From positions 4,544,001 through 4,608,000 of the forward strand of contig OZ220089.1 in NCBI GenBank assembly GCA_964291625.2: DNA of 64,000 bases, written 5' to 3'. Of this stretch, positions 1 through 10,272 are shown in pieces (within the stretch, counting starts at the first letter, position 1; the number at the start of each line of letters is the position of its first letter). The translations under genes and the position numbers were made by a program. Below the pieces are notes generated by a model, which worked only from the letters and a program-made list of their open reading frames with translations, did not search any database and was not told the DNA's origin. This DNA is from Candidatus Latescibacterota bacterium. GTDB lineage: Bacteria; Latescibacterota; UBA2968; UBA8231.

Positions 1-1402
1 CGTAGCCGATCGCCCGCCGGCCGTGGTCGACGTCGTAGAGCGGCCAGTCGCTGTCCGACACCCCGAAGACGATCTCGTACGTCGACCCCGTGTGGGTGAT
101 GGCCGCCTCGAAGACGCGCACCGCGTCCTCGTGCCCCAGCTGGTGGGGGTGGGCAGGCTGGTCCCGCTCGAGGCTGAAGTTGCCGATGCGCACGCCGACG
201 AAACGGGTGCCGTGGCGCCAGGCCCAGGTGTGGCCCAGGCCCTCTCCGAAGATCTTGCTGATCGTGTAGAAGGTCTCCGGCCGCGGGAACAGGTCGACGG
301 TGCGCCGCAGGTTCCGCGGGTAGGGGGAGAGGATGCCGGCGCGGCTGGCGTAGGCGACGCGGGGCACCCGGTTGCGCCTCACCGCCTCCATGATGTGCCA
401 GGTGCCGACGAAGTTGGAGGACCACACCTCTTCCCAGGGAGAGCCGCCGCTCGGGGTTCCCCCCAGGTGGACGACGGCGTCCACGTCCCGGGTGGCCCGC
501 AGGCAGGCCTCGAAGTCGCCGAGGGGGGCGGTCACCGTGTCGGTGAGCTCCGGCATCTCCACCCGGTCCATGCCGCGGACCTCGTAGCGGCCCCGCAGGC
601 CGCGGGCCAGGACGCGCCCCACCTGCCCCGCGGCCCCGGTGATCAGCACCCGGCGGGGCGGCTGGTCCGACAGGGGCTCGGCCGGACCGTCGTCGCCGCG
701 GAAGGTGCGTTCCGCCTCCGGCAAGCGGGAGATGTCCCGCGGCTCGTAGCCGATCGCCCGCCGGCCGTGGTCGAGGTCGTAGAGGGGCCAGTCGCTGGCG
801 GAGACGCCGAAGACGATCTCGAAGCCCGCCACGGGATGGGCGGCGGCCTGCTCGAAGAGGCGGACGCAGTCGCCGTGGCTGAGCTGGTGAGGGTGCCCGG
901 GCCGGTCGCGGTCGACGCTGAAGTTGCCGATGCGGACGCAGACGCACTCCATGTCGAAGCGCGAGGCGTACATGGAGGCCAGCATCTCGCCGAAGAGCTT
1001 GCTGTTGTCGTAGAGGCCGAGGGGGCGCGGCATCATCTCCACCCGGCGCTGAACGCCGTCCGGGTAGAGCCACAGCAGGCCGGCGCGGCTGGCGAAGACG
1101 ACGCGCCGGACCTCTGCCTCCCGGGCCGCCTCGAAGACGTGGTAGCAGCCGATGTAGTTGTTGTTGGCGATCTCCGGCCAGGGCCGCTCGCCGGCGTTGC
1201 CCCCGAGGTGGATGACCGCGTCGACGCCGTCCACGGCGCGGCGGACGTGGTCGAAGTCGCCCAAGTCACCCTGGAGGAACTCGCCGCCGCCCTCGGCGGG
1301 AGGCCGGCGGTCGAAGGCGCGCACCCGGTGGCCCCGGGCTCGCAGACCGCCCACGACACAGGTGCCGACGCGGCCGGAGGCGCCGGTGACGAGCAGGTGC
1401 AT
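1..1402 (-). CDS. Tandem two-domain NAD-dependent epimerase/dehydratase (extended SDR, uronate dehydrogenase-like); 3' end runs off the window
   Basis: Not in the ORF track because it has no stop in the window. Manual translation from ATG 1402, which overlaps the upstream TGA, gives MHLLVTGASGRVG...LYDNSK...VRIGNF...DHGRRAIGY, then a second unit RVLITGAAGQVG...FYTISK...VRIGNF...DHGRRAIGY. Two TGxxGxxG and two YxxxK motifs. Confidence 0.85.
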   Translation of the reverse strand, partial: MHLLVTGASGRVGTCVVGGLRARGHRVRAFDRRPPAEGGGEFLQGDLGDFDHVRRAVDGVDAVIHLGGNAGERPWPEIANNNYIGCYHVFEAAREAEVRRVVFASRAGLLWLYPDGVQRRVEMMPRPLGLYDNSKLFGEMLASMYASRFDMECVCVRIGNFSVDRDRPGHPHQLSHGDCVRLFEQAAAHPVAGFEIVFGVSASDWPLYDLDHGRRAIGYEPRDISRLPEAERTFRGDDGPAEPLSDQPPRRVLITGAAGQVGRVLARGLRGRYEVRGMDRVEMPELTDTVTAPLGDFEACLRATRDVDAVVHLGGTPSGGSPWEEVWSSNFVGTWHIMEAVRRNRVPRVAYASRAGILSPYPRNLRRTVDLFPRPETFYTISKIFGEGLGHTWAWRHGTRFVGVRIGNFSLERDQPAHPHQLGHEDAVRVFEAAITHTGSTYEIVFGVSDSDWPLYDVDHGRRAIGY

Positions 1403-4400
1403 CAGGGCTGTTGCGCCGGCGGGTTTCCGACCGGTGCGTCGGAACCTGCTCCGGCCTCGTCGTGCGGGTCGCCCCTGGAGGAGAGCAGCCACAGACCCGC
1501 CAGCAGGGCCGCGCACAGGACGAGCAGCGCCCAGCCCTGGGCCGCGAACGCCGACTGGTCCAGCAGACCGAGGCCGCGGTCGACGGCGGTGAACAGGAAG
1601 CCGGCGAGGGCGTAGGCGGCGGCATTGCCGCGGAAGAGCCAGTACACGGCGGCGGCGAGCACCGCGGCGGTCAGGACGAACCAGCCCAGGTCGTAGAGGA
1701 ACTCCGCCGGCCGGTGGGCCTCGGCGCCGGCCATGGCCGCCCCCAGGGCGAGGACGACGAGGACCACCAGCGGCGGGCGGCGGAGGACGCGGACGGTGTA
1801 GTACACGAGGACGCCGGCGGCCAGGGGCAGGACCAGCCCTCTCCCCACGGCGTCCAGGAGACCGCCCAGGGCGGGGGCCCACGAGCCCACGGCCGGGATC
1901 TCGGGGACCGGTGAAGGGGCCCCGGCGGGGAACGCGGCGGCGAGGATCCCCGAGAGCCGGTCCAGGGCCAGTCCCCCGGCGACGGCGAGGACGGAGAGGG
2001 GCACGGCGTCGCGCAGCTGCGGGCGCAGGCCGTGCCGGCTCATGCGGTCCCCGGCCGCCGGGTAGAGGGCGCCGCAGAGGCCGGCGCCCAGGGACACGAG
2101 GAGCCCCAGGAAGACGGCGGCCAGGAGGAAGCCCGCCAGGCCGGTGATCAGGTAGAGGGTCAGGGGCATCTCGGTCCGGTACAAGGCGTAGAACGCGGGC
2201 AGCTCGTTGGCCTGGCCCAGGGCGAGGACCGAGGCCGCGAAGAGGCCGAGCCGGAGGGGCCGCCTCCAGGCCAGCGTTCCCGAGCGGATGTGCCCCACGA
2301 GCAGCACGAGCAGGTGCACCGAGACGGCGATGGCCACCCCCACCGGCGTCCACTCCAGGATCGTGCGCCACCAGGAGCCCTCGCGGCGCTCCCGCAGCCA
2401 GTCCTCGGGCAGCTTGATGAACCGGTCCAGGTCGGCGGCCTCGCCGCCGGCCACGTGCACCCGGCAGCGGAACCGGGCCTCGTCGAGGTTGCGCCGGTCG
2501 CCCTCCTTCGCCTCCCACACGAACCAGTGGTCGCGGCGCCCGGGCAGGTCCTCGGCGGAGGCCTCCTTGAGCACGAAGGCGGCAGGGTCGAGCCGGAAGG
2601 CGCGCAGGTGGTCCAGGGCCACGGCCTTCGCCTCCTCCTCGGACAGACTGTCCCCCGGCGCCTCCTCGGCGAGCTGGTGGCGGATGCCGTAGACCTCGCC
2701 GTCCTCCGGGCGCAGACGGACCTCCCACTCCTCCTTCTCCCCGGGCCGGAAGAGCCGCAGCCGCCACAGGGCCGGCGCCAGATCGTCCTCGTAGAGCGCC
2801 GTCGCGGCCTCCGGGCCGGCGCGCTCGTCGCGGTACTCCACGGCGGACCCGTTCCAGGGGGTCGACTGGGTCACCACCGTGCGCCAGGAGTCGGCGTCGA
2901 CTCCCAGGGCGGCCAGGTGCCGGCGGCCCTCCTCGAGGGCCTCCCCCGAGGTCAGGCGGTAGTCGACCTCCGGGGCCAGGTCCGGCTTTTCGACAGCGAA
3001 GACCGCCAGCGCCGCCAGCACCGCCGCGGCGGCCACTGCGAGGCGCCTCCGGTTCAGAGGACGGTAGTCGGCGGCCTCGGAGGGGTCTGCTCCCCGGGGG
3101 CCGGTTCCGCCGGCTGAGCCGGGGCCGCGGACTCGAGGGGTGGAGTGTCCTCCCGGTTGAGCAGCGGTCCGGGATCGACGAAGGACCCCCGCCGCAGGTA
3201 GAGGACCACCGCCGCCCCGAGGGGCAGCAGCAGGAGCCCCACCGACAGGGTGGCCGAGAGCACGAAGTAGGGGTCGCTGGAGCGCAGCAGGATCAGGGCC
3301 GTGTAGAAGGCGTCGATCATGTAGTGCCAGACCAGGACCGGCAGCAGGCCCCAGCGCACGAAGACGTAGCCCACCACCACCCCGGCGAGGCCGACCTCGA
3401 GGCCGCGGATCCAGAAGGGCTGCTGCGGATAGCCGGCGTGGGCGAACCCCCAGATGACGGCGGAGATCAGCACCGCCGCCCAGCGATGGCGGAGGATCCG
3501 GTGCAGGAAGGGGATGGAGAAGGCCCGGGAGGTGAACTCCTCGGAGACGGCGGGCAGGAAGCCGATGAGGAGCACCACCACCCAGGGGATGTAGGTGTTC
3601 ACCATCTCGCTGTAGGGGATGTCGGCCGGGCTCCAGGCCCCGAAGCGTCCGGCCACCACGTAGAACACGCTCTGGTAGGCGACGAAGAGGGCCGTCATGG
3701 CCAGCCCGATGACGCTGCCCGTGAGGAAGCGCTTCGTGCGGATGCCCTCGGGCAGGAACTGCTTCGACTGGCGGATGTGGCCGCCGTACCAGCGGCGGTA
3801 CTCCGGCTCGCCTCCGGCGACGATGAAGGCGATGGCCAGGCCGATGGCCAGGGCGATCGCCGCGGCCTGCAGCACGCCCTGGGCCAGGAAGCTGCCGAAG
3901 GTGCCGGTGGTGTCGAAGTTGTAGACCGCCACCGGCAGGGCGTTGATCTCGGCCAGGAAGCTGAGGACGAAGGCGATGCCCCCGAGGACGAGGGCGAAGC
4001 GCCAGCGCACGTCCTGGTAGCGGATGCTCGACACGAGGCGGACCAGCAGGGCCAACCAGGTGGCGAACAGGAAGAGGGCGGCCACCAGGCCGGTGGTCTC
4101 GTTGCGGGAACGCAGCTCCTGGTAGTCCCGGGTCCAGGCCTCCGGAACCTTGAGGAACTCGGTGAAGCTGCCCACCTCGCCGCCCTGCACGCCGACGTGG
4201 TACCGGTAGCTGGAGCCGGAGACCTCGAAGCCGGCCAGCTTCCAGGTGAAGGCGTGGTCGACCCGGTTGGGCCGTTCGATGGTCGTCGCCTCGACGAACT
4301 CCAGCCGGCCCGGGTCGAGGTCCATCGCCTCCGACAGGAACCCCCGCGCCAGTTCCCGGGCCTCGGGCTGGGACAGGCTGTCGCCGGCGGCCTCCTCCTC

Positions 4401-4805
4401 GATCCGGTGCCGGAAGCCGACCAGCTCTCCCGTGGTCGTGTGCTCGACCCGGAACTCCTCCTTCTGCCGCTCCCGGAACCAGCGGTTGCTCCACCGCCAC
4501 AGGCGCACCGGATCGCCGATGACGGCGCTGGCCCCCTCGAGGCCGAGCTCGCGCTCGAGGAAGGTCTTGGCGCCGTCGTCGTAGCGGAACAGGGCCGCCT
4601 GCCGGTAGCCGTCGAGGTCGAACCCCCGGTCCTGGAGGAAGGAGGCGGCCTGCTCCCGGGCCTCGCCGCGGGTCAGATCGAAGTCGATCGTCGCCTCGGG
4701 GAAGGCGTCGTAGAAGAAGCGCGCCCCCACCGCCAGGCCGATGACGGTCAGGACGGCGCATCCCAGGAGGAGGCGGAAGTCGTTGCGGTCGAGATGGCGT
4801 TCCAT
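1402..4805 (-). CDS. Large CPBP/Abi (CAAX protease-like) intramembrane glutamic endopeptidase with duplicated extracytoplasmic+TM module; frameshift near 3092-3100
   Basis: The frame 4805-3054 (MERHLDRNDF...) has CPBP motifs EEFTSRAF, WGFAHAGY and WHYMID. Coding continues in the 1402..4761 frame (DYRPLNRRRL...EVDYRLTSGEALEEG...), which repeats the N-terminal module (IDFDLTRGEAREQA...). Adding one base in the CCCCC/GGGG run joins the two frames. Confidence 0.8.
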
Positions 4806-4839
4806 GTGGGCGGTTATATTCGGCGCGCCCCGGCGGAGG

Positions 4840-4872
4840 GTCAACGGGAGGCCGGGCCCTCCGACGTTGACA
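4840..4872. promoter_or_regulatory. Divergent promoter region with back-to-back TTGAC boxes forming an imperfect inverted repeat
   Basis: GTCAACG-GGAGG...CCTCC-ga-CGTTGAC. TTGACA on + at 4867-4872 and TTGACC on -, between divergent genes. The -10 boxes are poorly matched. Confidence 0.3.
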
Positions 4873-4926
4873 ATGTTCCGGGGGCGTCCGCTGATTCCCC
4901 CTGAATCCTCAGCCGGGAGAGCCGTC

Positions 4927-7900
4927 CTGAACCGAGTCCGCCCGATCCTCGTCCTCGTCCTGCTCGCCTGGTTCCCGTCGGCGCCGACAGCGGCCGGGCC
5001 CTTCGAGGTCGGCGTCGTGCCCTCCGACGACGCGGCCCTCGCCGCGCCCGCGGCGCGCAGCGATTCCCTCACCGCCGACCAGGTCCTGCAGATGGTGCGC
5101 CGCGCCGTCGACCTCGTGGGCGGCATGGGGGCCTTCGTGCCCGACACCGCCCGATGGGTGGCGATCAAGCCGAACGTCACGATCCCCGAGCCCTCCGGCT
5201 CCGGCATCGTCACCGACGCCCGCGTGGTGCGCGCCGTGGCGATCCTGGTACACGAAGCGGCTCCCGGTGCGCGCATCTCCATCGCCGAGGGCGCCGGCGG
5301 CTGGATCAGCCCGTCGCTGAAGGACAGCACCGACCAGGAGTACAGGCTGGCGGACGGCTTCGAGATCGCCGGCCACCGGGCCACCGTGCACGAGCTGCGG
5401 CAGCGGGGCGTCGACATCGACTGCGTCGACCTGAACTTCGACCGCCCCGTCCGCCTGGAGCCCCGCGGCGGGGGCCTGGCCGACTCGGACTACGACATCG
5501 CCGCCACCATCGTCGAAGCCGACGCCTGGATCAACTGCCCCGTGGCCAAGACCCACGGCGCCAAGATCACGGCGTCGATGAAGAACCACCTCGGCATCCT
5601 TCCCGGGCACATCTACGGCTGGAACAAGGGCGGCGGCACCGACCGCCGGCCCGCCGGCATCCCCCACGCCCCGCGCGTGCAGGACGAGTGCTGGGTCGAT
5701 CTGTGGGGCCTGACCGAGGTCGACCTGAACGTGGTCGACATGATCGCCGGCAGCGAGGGCGGCGCCTTCGGCGGCACGCCCCGGCGCGCCAACACGATCG
5801 TCGCCGGCGCCGACCCGGTGGCCACCGACCTCGTGGTCGCCCGGCTCATGGGCTTCAACCCGGACGACTTCGAGTTCGCCGACCTGGCCTGGCAGCAGGG
5901 CCGGGGGCCGGGCGTGTACGAGAACATCCGCGTCCTCGGAGGCGACGTGGAGTCCCTGGCCATGCGCTACGTCAAGGCGGGCGTCGACTACGGCGGCGGC
6001 GACTGGACCGAGCAGGCCAACTACGGCATGGGCCCCCGGCGCTGGACGCTCCTGGGGCCGGTGGAGCGCGACCACCGGTTCACCCCGGAGGAGGTGGCCG
6101 CGCTGCGCCCGGAGCCGGGCCGCGGCGGCTGGTCCGAGGTGACCTGGTTCGGCCACGACAAGATCGACCTCGACACCCACTTCGACGATCCCGTCCACTG
6201 CGCCGTGTACGCCTACACCACCTTCACCATGGCGCGGTCCGACTCGGTGCGGTTCTGGCTCGGCTCGGACGAGGACCTCTCCGTCTGGATCGACGGCGAA
6301 CCGCTCTACGAGTTCGAGGGCCGCCGCCGCCACATGCTGGGGCAGGTGCAACGGCCGGGCTACCTGGAGGCCGGGGAGCACAGGCTCCTCGTGCGCGCCT
6401 CCCAGAGGCGGGGGCGGTTCGACTTTTCCTTCAACGTCTGCGAGCCGATCGACGATCCGCTCTTCGCCGGCAACCGCTACCCGGGCGTGCGCTACAGCGT
6501 CACCGGGGCGGATCCCCTGTCGCCGTCGGCGCGAGTCCGCTCCGAGGACATCTACGACGGCTGGTTAAGCGAGGAGAGGGTGGGCGATCTCGGCCGGGGG
6601 GAGCCCCTCGAGGCGGCCCTGGCCGCCCCCGACTCGATCCTCCTGGGGCGGCTTCCCCGGACCACCAACGAGAGCCTGCTCGGCGCCGCGGCGGACGCGG
6701 CGGGGCTGCGGCGGGCCGACCTCGACAGCGTCGCGCTGGCGGCGCTGAGCCGGGCCCCGTTCTGGTCGGGCGGGTACTCGGGCCCCTACTCCCCGCTCGG
6801 GTGGCCGAGGTACGGTCCCGAGCCCCCGCGCCTGCTCGAGTGGCTCGGCCTGGGATACAGCGTCTCCAGCGGCTTCAGGGCGCGGGAGAGCCTCAAGGAG
6901 ATCAAGGGCTGGCTCTCCTGGGGCGTGCCGGTGGTGGTCGGATACGGCTGGCGGTGGACGGTGGCCGCCGGCTACCGCGAGACGGCGGAGGGCATCGAGC
7001 TCTACGAGCTTGGGCCGGAGGACGAGGGATGGGGCCTCGTCGAGGACCAGTGGTGGGCCCGGTTCCCCGACCGCCTGTGGCGCAACTGTCCCTTCCTGGT
7101 GGTGGAGAGGAGGGCCGAACCCCTCTCCGAGCGCGCCCTCGTGGACAGCGTCGCCGCCCTGGCCCTGGAGATGGGTCTGGCCGTCTGGACCGAGGACCAG
7201 CCCGAGCCGTGGGGCGCCCACCGGCGGCCGGCCGGCCTCCACGCCTGGGACAGCTGGGTCCGGGACTGGGAGCGGCTCCCGTGGACGGAGGAGTGGCTCG
7301 CCGGCTCCCGCGAGGTCCGGGCCTGGCTCGCGGACGTGGGTCTGGATGAGCTGCCGGAGCTGATCGAGGCTCGCAGGATGGCGGCGGGGTTCCTCCTCGC
7401 CGCCGCCGGCCGCGAAGACCCCGGGCGTCGGCGCGAGCTGCTCCAGGCGGCGGGGACGGCGTACCAGGGGGTGGCGGACGAGCTGGACGAGGAGACCGGC
7501 GGGCTGCAGCGGGACCTCGGCGTCTTCGAGGGGGAAGCGGACAGCGCGAAGATCGAGCCGGAGAAGGCCAGGGCGCGCGTGCGGGCGGCCCGGCGCCTGG
7601 AGAGGCAGGCGCTGCAGGCCCTCTCCGACCTGCTCGACCGCGGTCCGATCCCGCCGCCGGCCGAGGATCCCCTGGGGGAGAAGGACCGCGGCGTGCGGCT
7701 CTTCACCTGGCGCTCGGGCTACGCCGGGGGGGTCTACGAGATCCACTACGACAATGCCGAAGGCCTGAGATACACCTGGCTGACCGGCCGCGAGGCGGAA
7801 GAGGTGACCACCGAGGTCCACGGCCCCGTGCCCGAGGACGGGGGTTGGCTCTTCGCCCTGGAGACGGAGGGGGAGGGCTGGTACGAGATCCGCCAGAGCC

Positions 7901-8034
7901 CCTCCGCCGACAACGGCTGGACCGCGGTCGTGCGCACCACCGACTTCCGCTGGCGCCGGCTCACCCACGAGGTCGAGGTCACCCTCTGGGCGGTCCCGGC
8001 CGCACCTTCGGAAGAGGAGGATTCCCGATCATGA
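4927..8034 (+). CDS. Secreted DUF362-domain multidomain protein (DUF362 + PA14-like beta domain + further uncharacterised domains)
   Basis: Signal-peptide-like LNRVRPILVLVLLAWF. DUF362 motifs IKPNV, IAEGAGG, INCPVAKTH, MKNHLG and DPVATD. PA14-like segment VYAYTTF...FWLGSDEDLSVWIDGE. Start is uncertain (CTG 4927 after GGGAGA, or ATG 4873). Confidence 0.75.
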   Translation: MNRVRPILVLVLLAWFPSAPTAAGPFEVGVVPSDDAALAAPAARSDSLTADQVLQMVRRAVDLVGGMGAFVPDTARWVAIKPNVTIPEPSGSGIVTDARVVRAVAILVHEAAPGARISIAEGAGGWISPSLKDSTDQEYRLADGFEIAGHRATVHELRQRGVDIDCVDLNFDRPVRLEPRGGGLADSDYDIAATIVEADAWINCPVAKTHGAKITASMKNHLGILPGHIYGWNKGGGTDRRPAGIPHAPRVQDECWVDLWGLTEVDLNVVDMIAGSEGGAFGGTPRRANTIVAGADPVATDLVVARLMGFNPDDFEFADLAWQQGRGPGVYENIRVLGGDVESLAMRYVKAGVDYGGGDWTEQANYGMGPRRWTLLGPVERDHRFTPEEVAALRPEPGRGGWSEVTWFGHDKIDLDTHFDDPVHCAVYAYTTFTMARSDSVRFWLGSDEDLSVWIDGEPLYEFEGRRRHMLGQVQRPGYLEAGEHRLLVRASQRRGRFDFSFNVCEPIDDPLFAGNRYPGVRYSVTGADPLSPSARVRSEDIYDGWLSEERVGDLGRGEPLEAALAAPDSILLGRLPRTTNESLLGAAADAAGLRRADLDSVALAALSRAPFWSGGYSGPYSPLGWPRYGPEPPRLLEWLGLGYSVSSGFRARESLKEIKGWLSWGVPVVVGYGWRWTVAAGYRETAEGIELYELGPEDEGWGLVEDQWWARFPDRLWRNCPFLVVERRAEPLSERALVDSVAALALEMGLAVWTEDQPEPWGAHRRPAGLHAWDSWVRDWERLPWTEEWLAGSREVRAWLADVGLDELPELIEARRMAAGFLLAAAGREDPGRRRELLQAAGTAYQGVADELDEETGGLQRDLGVFEGEADSAKIEPEKARARVRAARRLERQALQALSDLLDRGPIPPPAEDPLGEKDRGVRLFTWRSGYAGGVYEIHYDNAEGLRYTWLTGREAEEVTTEVHGPVPEDGGWLFALETEGEGWYEIRQSPSADNGWTAVVRTTDFRWRRLTHEVEVTLWAVPAAPSEEEDSRS

Positions 8035-8744
8035 CACCCCTCGACTACGGACGCTCCTTCGTCATCGGCCGGGCCCCCGCCAACGAGGTCCGCTTCTGGG
8101 TGGAGTCGCGCACCCGCTGGATCGACGAGCGCGCCGGGACCCACGAGGACTACGTGCAGTGCGGCTCCTGCAAGAGCGAGGACACCTTCGCCGAGAAGGA
8201 CCTCTTCCTGCGGGACAACTACGACTTCCTGCCCGTCTTCGGACCGCGGTGGGGGATCGTCTTCCGGCGCAAGTCCGTCCGCCACGACGGCTACCGCGAG
8301 GTCCGCGAGGCCGTGGGCTGGTGGGACGGACAGAGCTACCGGCTGGTGGAGGGCCCGGCCCGGGAGCTGACGAGCCAGGAGGAGATCCTGGAGGCGACCT
8401 ACGCCCACCTGCCGCTGGTCTCGCAGACGGAGATCGCCGACCCCGGCACCGGCCTGCGGGCCGTCATCGAGGCGCCGGTGAAGACGATCAACACCCGCCG
8501 GGGGCCGGGGATCTACCAGGTCGACACCGGTCCCGTGGTCCTTCCCGACCTGTCCCGCCGCCCCGAGCGCAGCGTCGACGCCCTGCGGCTGGCCTTCGTC
8601 GCCTTCAACGTCCCGGGCTTCGCCGACTTCGTGGTCGAGGTTCCCACCCCCACCGGCGAGTCGCCCGAGGCGGCCGAGGTCTTCCACTACTCGGAGCGCA
8701 TCACCCTGCCGGCGGAGAACCGCCTCTACGCCATCGAGGTCTGA
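8031..8744 (+). CDS. Hypothetical protein with CxxC motif (QCGSCKSE)
   Basis: ATG 8031 overlaps the upstream stop (ATGA) with a GAGGAGG RBS. Strong GC3 coding bias. 237 aa. Confidence 0.75.
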   Translation: MTPLDYGRSFVIGRAPANEVRFWVESRTRWIDERAGTHEDYVQCGSCKSEDTFAEKDLFLRDNYDFLPVFGPRWGIVFRRKSVRHDGYREVREAVGWWDGQSYRLVEGPARELTSQEEILEATYAHLPLVSQTEIADPGTGLRAVIEAPVKTINTRRGPGIYQVDTGPVVLPDLSRRPERSVDALRLAFVAFNVPGFADFVVEVPTPTGESPEAAEVFHYSERITLPAENRLYAIEV

Positions 8745-8746
8745 CG

Positions 8747-9475
8747 ATGGAGCTCTACGCCGGCACCAGCGGCTACAGCTACAAGGAGTGGAAGGGGCCC
8801 TTCTACCCCGAGAAGCTCCCCGACAAGGAGATGCTCTCCTACTACGGGGAGCGCTTCCGGACGGTGGAGATCAACAACTCCTTCTACCGCGTCCCCAGGC
8901 CCGAGGTCGTCCGCGGCTGGGCGGAGCGCGTGCCCGGGGAGTTCCGCTTCGCCATGAAGGCGACGCGGCGGATCACCCACTTCAAGCGGCTCAAAAACGT
9001 GGGGGAAGAGACGGCCTGGTTCGCCGGCGTCGCCGGCGAGCTGGGCGAGCGCCTTGGGGCGGTCCTCTTCCAGTTCCCGCCGACCTTCGAGAAGGACCTG
9101 GAGCGCCTGCGGACCTTCGTCGACCTGCTGCCGGACCGCCTGCCGGCGGCCATGGAGTTCCGCCACGACAGCTGGTTCGACGACGACGTGCGCGACTGCC
9201 TGCGCGCCGCCAACCGGGCCCTCTGCTTCGCCCACGAGGACGACGACACCGCGGCCGACGTGGAGCGCCGCTTTGCCGGCACCGCCGACTGGGGCTACCT
9301 GCGGCTGCGGGGCAGCGACTACTCCGACGAGGAGATGACCGCCTGGGCGTCGAGGGTTCTGGAGCAGGGCTGGGACCGCGCCTTCGTGTTCTTCAAGCAC
9401 GAGGACGAGGGCCTGGGCCCGAAGCTGGCGCAGCGCTTCGTCGAGGCCGCCGGCCGGCTGTCGCCCTCGGCCTAG
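8747..9475 (+). CDS. DUF72 (YecE-like) TIM-barrel protein
   Basis: GTSGYSYKEWKGPFYP, TVEINNSFY, LFQFPP, EFRHDSW and YLRLRG motifs. Confidence 0.9.
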   Translation: MELYAGTSGYSYKEWKGPFYPEKLPDKEMLSYYGERFRTVEINNSFYRVPRPEVVRGWAERVPGEFRFAMKATRRITHFKRLKNVGEETAWFAGVAGELGERLGAVLFQFPPTFEKDLERLRTFVDLLPDRLPAAMEFRHDSWFDDDVRDCLRAANRALCFAHEDDDTAADVERRFAGTADWGYLRLRGSDYSDEEMTAWASRVLEQGWDRAFVFFKHEDEGLGPKLAQRFVEAAGRLSPSA

Positions 9476-10272
9476 TCGCGGGGCCTCTTCGGCGGCGCCG
9501 CCGACACCCCCTCCATCCCGCCGCTGACGCGCACCACCTCGCCGGTCATCCAGGCGCTCTCCGGACCGCACAGGAAGGCCACCGTGCTGGCGATCTCCTC
9601 CGGCTCCCCCCAGCGGCCGAGGGGGATCGCCTTGCGCACCCGCTCGATCATCTCCTCCTCGCTGATCCCGAGGGAGGCCGACCGCTGCGCCATGTTGCGC
9701 CGGTTGAACTCGGTGTAGACCGGCCCCGGGGCCACGGCGTTGACCCGGACCCCGTAGGCGGCCAGCTCCTGCGCCAGGGTGCGGGTCAGGGAGATGACGC
9801 CGGCCTTGGCCACGTTGTAGGCGGCCACCAGGGCCGCCGGGTTCTGGCCGTTGATGGAGGCGAAGTTGACGATGGCGCCGGACTCCTGGCGCTCCATGAC
9901 CGCCGCCGCCGCCCGGCAGCAGTAGAACGTGCCGGTAAGGGTTGCGGCCAGGACCCGGTCCCATTCGTCGTCGGGCAGCTGGGAGACGGGCAGCACCCGC
10001 TGGCCCACGCCGGCGGAGTTGACCAGGATGTCGAGGCGCTCCAGAGACCCGAGGGCCTCTCCGACGGCGGCGCTGTCGGTCACGTCGAGGGCGCAGGCCT
10101 CGGCCGCCAGGCCCTCGGCCGCGAGGCGGCGGGCGTGATCGGCGGTGGCCTCCGCCTGCAGGTCGGCGAGCACCACGCGGGCGCCCCGGCGGGCCAGCTC
10201 CCCGGCGGTGGCCAGTCCGAGGCCCTGGGCGGCGCCCGTGACCAGGGCGGTCTGCCCCTCAAGCTGGCTCAC
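9472..10272 (-). CDS. SDR family oxidoreductase (FabG-like)
   Basis: TGAAQGLG, NSAG, YNVAK and VAPG motifs. The GTG start overlaps the upstream stop (GTGA). Confidence 0.9.
   Translation of the reverse strand: MSQLEGQTALVTGAAQGLGLATAGELARRGARVVLADLQAEATADHARRLAAEGLAAEACALDVTDSAAVGEALGSLERLDILVNSAGVGQRVLPVSQLPDDEWDRVLAATLTGTFYCCRAAAAVMERQESGAIVNFASINGQNPAALVAAYNVAKAGVISLTRTLAQELAAYGVRVNAVAPGPVYTEFNRRNMAQRSASLGISEEEMIERVRKAIPLGRWGEPEEIASTVAFLCGPESAWMTGEVVRVSGGMEGVSAAPPKRPRD

Noticed and set aside
23-1615. 530-aa + strand ORF and the many other long antisense or alternate-frame ORFs (e.g. 5154..7349, 22732..24948, 32886..34949, 51950..54067, 54946..58434)
   Set aside because: Shadow ORFs caused by high GC and stop-codon scarcity. 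They overlap genes with clear family motifs and have Arg/Gly/Pro-rich composition without motifs.
3085-3105. Programmed -1 ribosomal frameshift in the CPBP gene
   Set aside because: No canonical A/U-rich slippery heptamer. The same type of deletion occurs in unrelated genes, which favours sequencing error.
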